Source: Vicugna vicugna (Eukaryota). Taken from it: a stretch of 64,000 nucleotides of DNA. Positions 23,241-36,869 of the stretch are shown in pieces. The notes beneath the pieces are model-generated. The model made no database searches and had not been told where the DNA came from. It worked only from the letters and a program-made list of their open reading frames with translations. The position numbers were made by a program, and so were the translations under genes. Every line of letters begins with the position of its first letter. Position 1 is the stretch's first letter. The stretch is taken from assembly GCA_013265495.1 (NCBI GenBank), contig MU057503.1:1-64000 (forward strand), given 5' to 3'.

Positions 23241-26199
23241 TAAATATTTTGTTGAGTGTCTTCTAAATTCCAGGCACTGGGAATTTACTTTGTATGTTTT
23301 TTTTAATTAATGGAGATTATAAAGTGAAATAACAATCTGATCTGTTTTGAACCTGTTATGATCTGATATGACTATGACATGATCTAATCTGAATCATCTC
23401 TTTGGGTAGAAAACCCAATGCTACAATTTCTACAACTTTCACAATGGTAGAGACCATTTCTTCCTTCTAATCTTTCTGTTAGTAGAAGAGAGATTTCATT
23501 TCTAAAGAGGATACAGAAAGTAGAAAAATGCTTATTGGACACACCCCAAAGTCCAACTAAACAATTCTCTGTGGTACATGCCAAATGTAGCAGGTTTTAT
23601 CTTTTGACATACCTCTATCTTTTAAGAACATCTCTCTCCTCCCACCCTCAAAACAAAACAAAATTAAATAGGGGTGAGTTTTTGTCAATCTGAGTCCGAA
23701 CAAAATTTTTATAGCTACAAACCCAAATCATCTTTTACAAATACAATTTTATTCGGCCATTAAGAACTTTGGTTTATCTCCCAGAGTTTCAGTGGAAGGT
23801 AGAAAATGTCTCATGTGTTTAAAATATTGTATGTTTAAAATATTATTTTTCTGTAGGACAATGGCCAGATAAAGAGTAGAGAAACCAGTATAGGAGTGTA
23901 CTTTGCTGTACTGGAGCCTCAGCAGAGTATCTCCATTATTAAAATATCTAGAACATTTAAATTATGTTAATAGCCATAGCATTTATGTGATTTCTTAAAT
24001 TTTTATCTTCTAATCTGAATTCTTCCCACACTGCTGACTGTTACTTGGAGAATGTTTTATTCTCATTGCGTGTGTGCTTGAGTGTGTGTGTTTCAAAAGA
24101 TACATACAAGAGTATACATCAGTATTCCCAGGGTGTTTTTAAACTGAACTCCAAATTTAAGAGATTTATGGCTTAAGTATGAGCACATAGTACATCTTCC
24201 CCCCAAAAGCTGACCTTTCATCAAAATCTGTACTAGGTATGAAAAGGGAGACAAAATCATCTGGCAACTGCACTACATTTTTCTAATATTTTCTCTCATA
24301 TTATGCTATTCCTTTCCCTCCTTTAATTTTCAAATCCAAGTTTACAGGAAAGCTTTTTAAGAGCACAAAATCACCTCCCAATTATAGGCTTAATACTTAA
24401 AAACCTAATAGCTGATCTAATACTTGTTTAAATAATGAACTCAATTATGACAATCATTAGCGTTTTTCGTTTGGTCTTCTCTACTTACAATAGTACAGTA
24501 CAAAAGGTAGAGACATAATGCAAATAATGCTGAAAAAGGCAGTGCAAAGAAATGGGGGAAATCTTTCGGCATATTCACCAATGCCAAAACCTGAGAGCAA
24601 TGTCTGGCTATGAGTCTGCAATAATTCTTATGAGAAGAGAAATTCTGCTCCCTAAAAAGGGGGAAAAGAGAGTAGTCAAAGCAAGTTCTTCCTCCAGTGG
24701 TTCATTTACTTCTGTTGAATTTTTCCTGCCTAGTGAGGAGGCCTCATGCTTAGACTATCATCAACACTCATGCCTAGAGGTAAAGACTGGACAAAGAAAT
24801 AACAGAGATAGTAGACATACACCTGAATGATGGAAGCTTTAAGAAATACTCTTAAATCCACCTGAGAATTTATTTTGTTTTCTTTTACTATAATCTGTAG
24901 CATTGAAAAATAAATCTCATGTTAAAAAAAGATGGCGAGAGAGAAAAGTTCTAGGCAAGACATGCTGGCTCAATTAAAACATTCACTAAGGCTTTCCTGA
25001 TACAGGAGCTGGTCCCCCATGCCACAGGAGCCAGAGGTGTATGTAAGATTCTGTTCTTTTGGTGACCTGAATTTAAAAAATATCATCCAAGTCTCATTCT
25101 TTCCTCAAAAAGAGAAATGGAACCTATTTAAGGCGCCTAGAAGCCACTGCATTCACATGACCTCAAGCTTTAGGATCCAGAAGGAATTCCTTAGTTGCTG
25201 CTTTCACAAAGAACTAAGAAATCCAAATGTTGTTGGTCTTGTCAAATCCCTCTCTTGTCAGGCTTCTCAAGAGAAACCCTTCTTTGCTATGTGTTCAAGT
25301 TCCCAGGCCCCCCTCCACAGTCAAGCAGAATGATTACCCCACCCCAAACTGAGATGAGGCTGTTTTCCACTGTCCCAGGCTAACCAACCCTAGATCCACC
25401 CTTCAGTGCCTTCAACCTCTGTCGACAAAGAAACTATGATTTGTCTTCCTTTGATCAGATCTATCTCCATCAGCAGATTCTTTTACAAATGGTCGAAGCA
25501 GATTTTTTTTTTTTTTAGGTAATAGGAGGGATGGTGGAGAGGAGTCTTCTCTACCCTGCAATAAATGATTGACGGCGGGGGGCTGTTGAAGTTTTTAGGC
25601 CCATTTCCTCAACTATTGGTCATAGAATAGGTTAAGAATCATAAAGAGGACTGGATTTCTCCAGGTTAAATAAAGAAACAAGCCAAAGTTAAAGCAAAAA
25701 GATACCTTATACGAAAGTTTAAGACTAAAAGGAAGATCTATTCTGAAGCTCACTTCCCCAGTTCTTCTTTAGACAAAAGAAGACTTTTCAATGCTGTGTT
25801 TGTTACATTACATTACTTACATTATGTTTTATCCCAGTCTTAGTGGACTGACATGAATTAGGTCTGACTAACCATGCTTCCAGGAGTATAATTTCTAGGC
25901 TATGTAGTCACAAAAGAAACAGGAGCAGTAGAAGAAAGTTGACCTAGAAGGTGACCAATAAAAATTAAATAAGTAAACTCTCATGCTGGCACAAGGTTCT
26001 ATGATTCTACAAAGTCAACATGTATCTGCCTTAGAAACTTTGCTTGGATGTCTTCTTTTGCTCATTCATCCACATTTACTGTGGGCTAAGCTCTGATGGA
26101 AGAACTGGGGATACAATGTAGAGCAAGCCGAGCATGACCTATGAGCTCACTGAACTCATGTTTTATCAGAATAATAGAAATCAAAAACTAGAACAGGTA

Positions 26200-27382
26200 C
26201 TACACACCATATACAAAAATTAATTATAAATGGATCAAAGATTTCAATAAGCTGAAACTATACAACTTTTAGAAGAAAACATAGAGGAAACTTCATGGCA
26301 TCTGATCTGGCAATTATTTCTTGTATATAATATCAAAAGCATAGGCAACAAAAGAAAACAGTTTGGACTATCTCAAAATTTAAAACTTCTATGCATTGAA
26401 GGACACTATCAATAAAGTAAACAGGAAAAACAGAATAGGAGAAACTATTTGCAAACCATATATCTTATAAGGATATATTTGGAATATATAAAGAACTGTA
26501 TGTAACTCAACAACCAAAAAACTGATTTAAAAATGGCAAAGGACTTAAACAGACATTTCTCTAAAAAAGATATACAGATGGGCAATAAGCATATGAAAAA
26601 ATGCTCAACATCACTAATCATTAGGGAAATGTAAGTCAAAACTACAATGAGATACCACCTCACATCCATTAGGACAACTATTAACAAAAAAACAAACCAA
26701 CCAACCCCATACAGAAAATCAGCGTTGGTGAGGATATGGAGAAATTAAAACCCCGTTCACTGCTGATGGGAACATAAAATGGTAGAGCCACTATAGAAAA
26801 CTGTATAGTAGTTCCTGAAAAACTTAAACATAGAATTACCATGTGGTCCAACAATCCTACTTCTGAATATATACCCAAAAGACCTGAAAGCAGGGACTTT
26901 CTAACAGATATCTGCATGCCCATGTTAAGAGCAGCATTATTCACAACAGCCCAAAGGGAAAAGCAAACCAAGTGTCCCTCAGTGAACAAATGGATAAACA
27001 AAATGTGGTATACACACACACCATGGAATATTGTTCAGACTTAAAAAGCAAAGAAATTCTGACAGGGATGAACCTTGAGAACATTATGCTAATTGAAATA
27101 AGCCAATCACAATAGGACAGCTACTGTATGATTCTATTCGTATGAGTAGTTAAACTCACAAAGACTCAAAACAAAATGGTGGGTTCCAGGGGATGGGACA
27201 AGGGAGGTATAAGGAGTTATTGTTTAATGGGTATGAGTTTCACTTTGGGGAAATGAAAAAAAGTTCTGGAGACAGACAGTGATGACGGTTGCACAGCAGT
27301 GTGACTGTATTTACTGCCACTGAACTGTACACTTAAAATGGTGGATTTTATGTCATGTGTACTTTACCACAATTTAAAGAAA
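26200..27382 (+). mobile_element. L1 (L1MB-like) ORF2 C-terminus and 3'UTR, degraded
   Basis: ORF 26841-27044 contains DICMPMLRAALFTTAQREKQTKCPSVNKWINKMWY (L1 ORF2 C-terminus); 3'UTR aagttctggagacagacagtgatgacggttgcacagc...actgaactgtacacttaaaatgg. Confidence 0.92.
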
Positions 27383-27994
27383 CAGAATAAGATTATATCA
27401 GATATTGAGAAGTGCTATAAAGAAACATAATATGAGGGAGTGACTAGAGAAAGGGTGAAGACAGCATCAGAATGAGTTAGAGTACTCAGAGGAAGTGACA
27501 TTTTTCTGAGATCTGAATGAAAAGAAAGAGTCAGAAAGTTAAGACCCTCAGGTCCCCAGGCAAGCATTTCAATCAGAGAGAACAAAGGCGAAGTCCCTGA
27601 AGCAGGCGTGAGCTTTGTATTCAAAGGACTAGGAAAGCAGCCTACTAGATTGAGTCCTAGGAATATTGATACTGGATGACCTACAAGAGACAGGTAAGGC
27701 ACTGTTGGCCACAGAAGCAGTGGATTTTCTTCTTAGGACACTGTGAAACCTTGGGAGGTTTTGGAGCAAGTGAATTGTGTGATCAAATTTGTCTGTAAAA
27801 GATCACTTTGGCCGCTGTGCAAAAAGTGAACCCTAAGAGGGCAAGAATCAAAGCAGATCAATTAGCAGTTTTTAATAGTACAGAGTAGACATGGAGACGG
27901 CTTGAATAGATGATAGCAGTGGAGATGAGACAAATAAGTTCATTCAGCATATTTGGAAGGTAAAGCCAACAAATCTTGCTGATTTGCTTATGGG

Positions 27995-28123
27995 TAGGGT
28001 AGTCATATTTCCCATTCACCTGGGGTGAAACTGATTTCTCATGTCTCGGTGCTCCTTACAGTTAATGCCTCTTTTATTCTCAACATTATCCCAGTTTGAA
28101 CTATAAATCATATAGTTGCCCCA
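27995..28123. mobile_element. hAT-Blackjack MITE (MER94-like)
   Basis: Degenerate TIRs tagggtagtcatat ... atatagttgcccca; internal atcccagtttgaactataaatcatat; about 130 bp. Confidence 0.6.
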
Positions 28124-28249
28124 GCCACAGGGAATAAAGAAAAAAGAAGAATCAAGGATGACCCTTCAGCTTGGGCAACTAGAAGTTCATGGTTTTGATG
28201 TTTCTAAGACAGTCATACTAACAGTATCATTAAAGAAGGAAAGAATATA

Positions 28250-28489
28250 CAGGGGGGGCGGGGTAGAGGGTGGGAAGGGATAGACTGGGATTTCAAAATT
28301 GTAGAACAGATAAACAAGATTACACTGTATAGCACAGGGAAATATACACAAAATGTTATGATAAATCACAGAGAAAAAAATGTGACAATGAGTGTGTGTA
28401 TGTCCATGTATGACTGAAAAATTGTACTGAACACTGGAATTTGACACAACACTGTAAAATGATTATGAATCAATAAAAATGTAAAAAAA
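28250..28489 (+). mobile_element. Young camelid L1 3' end, 5'-truncated, perfect 18-bp TSD
   Basis: G-rich tract, then gatagactgggatttcaaaattgtag...tcaataaaaatgt and poly(A). TSD aaagaaggaaagaatata at 28232-28249 and 28490-28507; TT/AAAG endonuclease site. Confidence 0.95.
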
Positions 28490-31400
28490 AAAGAAGGAAA
28501 GAATATAGTTAGAACCCTATATTCCATTTGTTTTATTCATGAGACCTTTCTGTCCATGATTATTCAAGAAGCCCCTGTTCTTCGTTTCATTCCAATTCAG
28601 TAGATATGTATGTATCTCAAAACTTCAGTAGAAAAAAAAATAATAAAGCAAATCGAATCAGCCAACTAGATTATCAAATAACTGGCCAGAAAATAAAGAA
28701 AAAAAGAGCAAATTCCAGGAGGGAACAGCATGTACAGGAGTAGCTCTGATGATGGCCCCAGTCCTTTTGCTCATGTAGAGACAAGTATCATGGAAGAGGG
28801 TCTGTAGTTTGGCAAAGCTGGTAGAATGAACTCTGTCCCAGAACCTGGAGCCTCCAATAGGTTTATAACACTAAAGATTGAGGGGAGGCCTTAGGGGGAA
28901 AAGTCCTAAAGACAGACTATGTGCTCCACAGAAAACGGCACTGGGTTAGACAACACATCAGAAGTGAGGAAATAAAGTTACATAATACTCCCTCCTTAGA
29001 AGGAGGTTACTGGCACAGCAACACCTCTTATCTAAATAATTAGCAGGGGTGGAGTCAGCCCTGTGTCAAACTGGAAGTCAAGAAGTAGGTCTCGATAGTC
29101 TGGGAGCTGTCATTTCCTAAGATCATCTCAAGGAGGGAAGAAAAAAAAAAACAACACAGGCTGATACGGCCTGAAGAAATACTTCTTACCCATTCTTCTC
29201 ACAGAAAAACATAAAACAAAAACAAAACTCTGAAGAAATAGTATTGCTTTATCATTCTCTTTAGCCAAAGTTCGAGAAGCAGCAACTATGAAAAACTTTT
29301 CTAAAGTTTTCTTCTTAATTCTAAAATTCAACAGATTTCCTCAAGGCCAAGGAAGGATTTCAGACCACACCTAAGATAACTGTTAAGCCAAATGAACATC
29401 AAAACTTAATACCACAACTATTCTCTTTTATTAACATTTGAAGTTCAATCAGTGACAATGAAAAGCTCCAACTACAAAATGAACTAGTATACTTTTTAAA
29501 GTGATTGAGAACTCACTGGTTTCTGTCAGTGAATGTGATCTGCATAAAGAAGCACAAAGAAAGATTAGTTGTCTTTCAAAGGGAATCGGTGTACCTCACC
29601 TGTTACCCATCATTTCCAGGCTCTGTTAAGCCTCAGTTTTGTGAACCATCTACAGACTATGATTTCCAGTATTACCCTAAATTGAAGAACCCTAGCAGTG
29701 CCCAAGGACTCAATACTGATTCTTTAATTTCAGTAATTTTGTCAGTTGACAGTTTTAGGATAAGCCAAACAGGATATGAAGAGCCAATAGGAATTAACTA
29801 GAGTCTAAATTCAACTGTCCCATTCCTGGAGGGGGTGGGGGTGGGGGGTACAACATGCACGAGGGAGGGGTCAGGGTGTGGCCACAGCAGAGAGCAGGAA
29901 TCCCTTTAGGCCAACTGAATCTGTTTTATATTCCTGCTAACTTGGTCTGATCTTCTAAAACTATCTGGTTCACAGAAGCTTCTGGATGACCTTTTAAAAA
30001 CCACAGAGTTGAAACAAGGAATTGCTAACGAGTCATTGGAATTGAAAGTTAGGTGAAGTCCACTGTTTTTTCAGGTTGTCAAGATCAACAACTGGGGGAA
30101 ATGTATTTGATGAAGCTTTTGCCCAGGCAAAGAATCATTAATCTTGCCACCCTCACTTGCTTTTATCCCTTTAACAGAGTATCTTAATCACAGATATTTC
30201 CACAGATCCATCAACCCTCACTCATCATTTTATCCTGTACTCTAAAATTAAGAGGGATATCAGAGCAATGTTGTCCTTTATGAGTTATATGCTACCTAAA
30301 TATTATCAATTCTCACAAGACTGCTGAAATATTATGTTCCAGTTACCTCCAGGCCCTTCAGTGTCTGCTCATTTTACTGAATATTTGAGTCTCCCTTGGT
30401 TTCGGTTCACATTCAGATCCTGGCTTTTTCAGTGGGGAAAATTTCAACATGATTTCAAAATCTTCTCTAACCTCTAGTCCAATAGAGTTAAACTCTTGGG
30501 GAAATTTATTCAAGAATTTCAATTAATGGACTGAACTGAAAGCTGTTTCTACAAGTAAGTGACGAGCTATAGGAAATTGGACTCTAAACAAAATCTCCTG
30601 GCAGTCATTTATACATCCATAATCTAATTTAAAAAATGTTCAAACTCCACCACAAAGTTATCAAAATTATACTGCAAAATCAAAGAAAACAGAAAATAAA
30701 ATGTTTCTACTTTGGAAAATAGAAGCATAATTTTACAGTTTGAAGAATAGTGAGGTTTCTAAACAAAACAGTTGGCAGTATTTTAAGCAATCTGTTGATT
30801 TAGAAAGAGAAAGAGTTTGCCTCAAGACTGTAAATAAGACATTTTCTTTTGACAACGGAGGGATAATTGGAAGCTGAAACAGAGTCACTACCAATTCTAG
30901 GGCTAGAGCCTCAAGGTCAACTGAAAAACTAGTCTACTCTCTGCTTCCTTTCCACAAACATTTAATTGCCCCCTTTTCTTTCTTATTGAGCATGACAAGT
31001 ATTTTTTTTCTGAAGAACAGATAATCCCAATTGCAACCTTCATTTTCCAGGGAAAATATTCCCAGTTAGATCAAGATGAATGAGTAAAGTTCTCTCTTCT
31101 TTGGTTCTTTAGTCCTTTCCAGAAATCTGCCACTTCTGTTAAAACATTTCATAAATCCTTCAGAGCATAGCCAGTTTGGACCTCAGTTAGATTTCCAATA
31201 ATTACAACTGAATAACTGGCAAAGCTGGATTCTTCATTACATAATAGAGATGTTTAAGCCTATTCTCCATTGTTTCCCCACTTTTAGAAAATATGAACCA
31301 AAGATTTGAATATTCACACACATAATGTAGCAAAATTAATCATCAAACAGACATTTTTAAGTGCTTAACATGCACCAAGCATTTTGCTAGGTGCAGATAC

Positions 31401-32214
31401 ATGCTTTTTCTTTTCTTTTCTTTTTTTTTAATCTCAGGGGCCAAGAAAAAGACTTGGCTTGAAGTCCCAGTGCAAGTTCAACATTTCTCATCCAAGTTTT
31501 CTGCAACTATTTCAGTCCACAGTGATTTTTTTTCCTAAGCAACTACAGCATTTATGTCTGTATTTCTTATTTTAATTCAAGGCAGTGAATGTCCATTTGA
31601 CATTAAATAACATCATTATTGAGCTTGGCATAGTAAAAGAATAGTAAATACACATCTCCTTTAACATAACATATATACTTATGTAAATACATGGAAACCC
31701 ATTGTGCAATGTTTCTCCAGACACAGGTCTCACATTTTTATGCTGTACACTTTGCAATCTTCCCCTCAGTAGGGGTGGAGAAGAGATCAAACTACCCACG
31801 AAGAACTGATAGATCGATCAACGGTCTGACCAGCTCATTCATATCTCATATAGCTATTTGCCATTTTTTCCCATTGCTCAGATCTCCAAAGCAGTCATTT
31901 GAAGGCACACCTAAATTAACAGCCACATCTAGCGGATTCCAGCCCCTACAAATTCAGTGATTTGTCAAATCGAAGGCAAAGTGCAAGCTCAATCACAAGA
32001 CTGTCTCATGCCTGGTCTAGGAAAGAGATTTTGAAGCACATTTTGAAGAGTTGCTATTAAGTGTTTTTAAATGAGTTTCCAACAGAGTAAAGCTTTCTAA
32101 TGACTATCAACAGAGTTTCAAGTTGAGTGACGTGTTCTTTTCAGCTGATCATTATCTGGTGCGCTACTGGGCAACAATACTGATTCCTCTGAACATTCAA
32201 ATTTACTTTTAATA

Positions 32215-32900
32215 TGATAAGTAATATCTATCCATTGACATCTGTGCCCACACACTCTACTTTCTTTCTTGATAACATGGAACCATCTGGGCTCCAAGCT
32301 AAGTGCAACCTTCCATTTGTGCCCTAGATCCCATCCCGTACACCTGCTGAGGAGCACTGACCCAGCTCTTCTCCCCTCACTCTTACAGGAGCGGACTGTC
32401 ACTCTAGCACACCACCACGATAGACACACAAACATGCTGTGATTTCTCCCATTTTCAAAATTCTTGAACCCACTCCCCTGTACCTTCATCTCTCATTGCC
32501 TCATTTCTCTACAATCCTTTATATCAAATCTCTTGAAAAAGTTGTTTAAACTCCTCTCTCCAATGTCTAGCCTCCAGTTCTCTACAGGACTTCACTTCCT
32601 CCAAAACCATTCCTATCAAGGTTACAAACAATCCTCTACCTTGATAAATTCCATGGTGAGTTTTTAATTGGTGTGCAGTAGTATGAGGACTCATCAGCCC
32701 AGTTTCCTTGAAATATCTTCCTCACTTGATTTCCAGAATGCCACTCTCACCTGGCTTTCCACTCCTCTTAGCCTCCTTGACTGATGATTCTTGCTCAACT
32801 CCCCAGCTTCTAGTAACCCAGTGTCAAGGATAAGGCCTGGAACATGGTAGATGTCTAACATACCTCTCTTGAATAAATTAATAAATCAATATCATTAACA
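32215..32900 (+). mobile_element. L2 LINE fragment
   Basis: ttgtgccctagatcccatccc...caaacatgctgtgatttctccc...cttgaaatatcttcctcacttgatttccagaatgccactctcacctggctttcc...ggcctggaacatggtagatg...ttgaataaat. Confidence 0.75.
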
Positions 32901-32959
32901 AATGTATTGAAAACCTACGAAAGTAGGTTGGGACATAGCTCTGCAGTCAATCGGTTAAT

Positions 32960-33400
32960 TTTTTTTAACATATCTTCCTGTTGTGGGACTATTCTATCAA
33001 GGGAGATAAGGCATAATGTTTAAATTTCCTTAGACCATTTCAGAGACATGAACCCTCCAAATCATCTCCCTCCAAATCCCATATAATTTTTAAACTATTT
33101 TAATTAAATGAATAATTACCATTTATTATTGGTCAGGTCTTAGTTTCCAGTCAAATTTACACTTGAATAGAGTTTTGGTTTGCAATATTAAAATTTTATA
33201 GTCCACTTATGTCCTCTTTATAATCAATATGCCCTGTATATTTATGGATACTTTATAGGACTTAGTATACAACTTTATTGTTTTAGACTCTTTAGACTTG
33301 GCTGTTATAATTTTGCATTTAAAATGCATTATTGCTACGTCTCTGATTTTTTGATTCCCTGTCATTGGTTAGGAGCACAACCTCCAACAGTATTTTTCCT
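32960..33400 (-). mobile_element. Old L1 (L1M) ORF2 fragment
   Basis: T-rich antisense L1-like sequence (ttaaatttcct, tttataatcaatatgccctg, ttgcatttaaa). Confidence 0.5.
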
Positions 33401-33769
33401 TTGGGGAAATATTATCTGCTTTCTAGAACCATTTTCAGCAATGTGTTGTGATAAAAAGTAAAGACTTACTACATTTATATATATTTTAACAGAAGCCCCT
33501 CTTGTGTGCATGCTGTAGGTTTGTCAAGGTGGTATTAATAATGGAAGTGAAGATTTCAAATATTAGTAATTAGAGTGATGAATATTTAGTGGTAAGGTGT
33601 AGTAATGACAAACATAGACTGTGTATTGACATTGCTAGAGATTTTCCTTAACTAACAGAATCTACACATTCAGATATATTTTGGCTTCAAAGTTGTCACA
33701 TATCTTAAAAGCAAAAGAATCAATGAGACCTTCTGGATAGTCTACATTTTAGCTATAAAGATAAATAAC

Positions 33770-34230
33770 TGCTAGAAATCATACATGCAAATAGACGCTG
33801 TTCTCCTCAAACTGGTAACCTTGCAAGGCTGCATGATCTTCCAATGATGATGCCATGTGTTCAAAACATTTTTTGGAACTCCACTTTCAGAACACCACCA
33901 AAACCCACATCACACTCTGTCCTCAGAGGGCAATATGTTCATACTTTGGGGATGAATTTTTTTTAAGCAATTAGAAGTATTTGGTGTCGGGTCCAGTAAA
34001 TCCAGTGAGTAATACTATCTTGAATCTAAAACAAGATTTAACTGCAAAATAAAAAGGCAGATGTCCTTGTAAAGATTATCAACTTTGCTCTGAAAGAGAG
34101 CCCAAAAGAGGAAAAGATATTAACATGCACTGAGCAATTACAGCAGGGTTGAAATGTGTGCAGCCTCCAGGAGTGAATACTTTGAAAGATATCAATCACT
34201 CTGATTATACTTTCAGAAACTTCTGTGTTT
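33770..34230. mobile_element. MARNA-like mariner MITE remnant
   Basis: ccaatgatgatgccatgtgttcaaaacattttttggaactcc and gaaatgtgtgcagcctccaggagtgaatactttgaaag resemble MARNA (TcMar-mariner) as I recall it. Confidence 0.65.
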
Positions 34231-34499
34231 TACAATTTCCTTCCTGGGGATATTTGCAAATTTAGGTAAGTAAGAGTCAGCCTTCCTTATCCTGCTCAGG
34301 GTGCTGTCTTCCAGTGCTAAAAAGACGTGTATCATAAAGTAGCCACCGGCTTTACTAAGAAAGAATTTCAGAAAGAAGTTTGTTTACCTCTTAAAATTTC
34401 AAGCAGATGCCTAACATAGGGAAAAACAAAACATATGTAACCCTGAATTTTATCCTGAAACTATCTAATATATTTACTTGTTTATTTATTTGCTTACAC

Positions 34500-34730
34500 T
34501 CTTCCAGACCTGTTCTAAACACATTGAACATATCAATTTATTTCATCTTTATAAGAATCTTATAAAATATATTCTACTATTAGCTTCATTTTAAAAATGG
34601 ACAAAACTGAAATCAGAGAGATTAAGGAACCACCAAAAATCACATAATTCAAAAGAGGCAGAATTAGCACAGGGACAAAGGCAATTCAATCCAGAGCTTG
34701 TTCTCTGAACGACAGTGCTATATTGCTTAG
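34500..34730 (-). mobile_element. MIR SINE
   Basis: tattagcttcattttaaaaatggacaaaactgaaatcagagagattaagg...aatcacataa...aatccagagcttg. Confidence 0.7.
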
Positions 34731-36869
34731 AATATTGGCCAGATTATCAAGACAAATTAGGAAAATGTATGTTTCAAAGGTGATCAAATTTGCAGTCATG
34801 AGGAGCCACAACAGTGGAACATCAGCCATCAGCACGGTCTTCCTAACTGCCCAGTCTTCTGAGTGCTCAGCATGTCTGTAGCAGTGTCAGTACCTGCTTA
34901 CCTATCTCCAGATCCCATGCCTCTGACTTCAGAGATGTAGTCAAAGTGTCTGGCTTGTGTTCTCCTACAAAACGTTCCTACCTCGTGACACATACAACCA
35001 CCGGAGCACCATAAGCATGACATGAGGGTAAGACACACAAGGTCTTTAAAATGCTGGGCACTGGGCTGGGGCGCTGAGGCTGCCCCTGGGAGAAGAGCTA
35101 TAACCACCACCCTGCTGGAGTTAAGGGGGCGACAGTCAAGAAACAAGTAAACAAATTAAATAAATGAGTGTTATTTGAATTACGATGGAAATAAACACGG
35201 CACTGTGGCAGAACATAAAAGGGATGGTAGAAAGTTCTAGAAAACTAAGGCCCAACACACTGAGACCTGGAAGGCCAGATGGCACAGCAGTGAATAAGAT
35301 GTAGATGTGCCACAGTGAGAAATTATGAACCCAGTATCCATATCTGAGTAGCACAGGTCAATTTAAATTCTTTTAATAAAGTAGACCCCTCCGAGTTAAT
35401 ACGCCCATCTCTCAAACTAGCCTAAACAGGGGTTGAAAGGCAAAAATCCCTCTTACCTGAAGGGCCCTTCACACCTGATTCTACCACACCTTGGGGGAGC
35501 CTCTGAAAAACACAGGAGGTTCCAGTAATTTGCATCCATCGGCATCACTGTATTGTTAAGTTCACATGTATCCTGCATGGCTTATTTTTTCTTTCACAGC
35601 AATACAAAAGACAACTAACACTGCTCAAAGATGAGAGTCTCCTCTTGCCAAAACTCGAGTATGAAGCAGTCTTTGTGAGCTGGCCTCAGAAAAGCCTCTC
35701 TCAGGATGTGACATTCAAACTGAAATCTGAAAGATGAGAAGACAGCAGTTATGCAAAGCTCCAAGAAAAAGGGGATTAAAGATCTGGTTCAGAGAGTCAA
35801 CTTTTACAAAGACTGATATTAGGAAAATGCCTCTCTATATTGCCATCTCTCTCTTAATACCTTTGCACATTACCACTTCCCACTACCATGAAGCCAGCAT
35901 CCTGTGAGAAGATGTGGAAACCATTATCAAGAGAAGCAGAGGGATGACTTTGGTTCTCTCATTTGGGGATCTTATCTGCTGGTAGCCTCAGTATCTTTAA
36001 GCACAGCCTAGGCCCCCAGATGGATCTGGGGACTCCTATCCTGATGCCAAAGACATTGCTTGGACTGAGATGTGCTCTTTCAAAAGTCAAGCATCCACAT
36101 ATCACGATACGACAAACACTAAAATCACATACGTACAACAGGGAAAACAGGGGAAGGTGAGAGAGTTCTGCTTTAACTATACCCAAATCAAAAGGAAACT
36201 GTCTAATACAAAAAGCTGAGAAAAATAAAAAGACATGGGGTCCATCACAATGTGATCCTGTTCATAGATAAGGAAATGCAAAATATTAGCCAAAAAAGCA
36301 GGGAAATAAAGTTTATTTAAAAGAGATTTATTAAATTGAGTATCCAGGATTATAAATCCCAACTGAGTCTCCCCTTTTCTAAGTACATATTCCCAGAAGG
36401 TAAATGATCAAATCTTGCCTTTATTTTTAATGAAAATCCTCCTAAAATGTACAACACAATTTCAGATATTTCAACAGTGATAACTCAGTGCTACAAATGA
36501 AGCCAGATCTGCCAGCAGAGCCAGTGTTGACAACACAGGCACAAATGGCCTAGGTGTCACTCACAGGCAGCGTGCAAACCATTCCCAGGCTGCTAAGCTG
36601 TACTGATCACCAGACCTCCCAGATGTCACCCTGACTCACACGGAGCTTTTGAGCAAAAAGCACATGTCCTCCCGGGGCATATGCCTGAAATCACACAGCC
36701 CCATGCCCCTGGCCACAGTGCTGTTTCATGGGCTTTCTACACGTAAATATCTCTGTAACTCCACCATCAGAATGTCTACTGTTGTCACACCCCTGTGCTG
36801 TTTCTAAACTTTGTGGTCAGCTGCAGCATCTGGTTCTAGTCACCACTATTCGCTTTCCATTTCTTCACT

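Larger units (their letters stand above)
26060..28190 (-). mobile_element. L2 LINE, split by an L1MB-like insertion and a MER94-like MITE
   Basis: L2 terminus cattcatccacatttactg...ggggatacaatg at ~26063; L2 resumes after the L1 at ~27385 (gaggaagtgacatttttctgagatctgaatga...aagatcactttggccgctgtg...agaatcaaggatgaccc). Confidence 0.75.

Noticed and set aside
34245..34271. AG|GTAAGT as a recursive splice site (also poly-T AG|GTAATA at ~25502-25524)
   Set aside because: Weak pyrimidine tract or weak donor, and on the strand opposite the inferred host gene.
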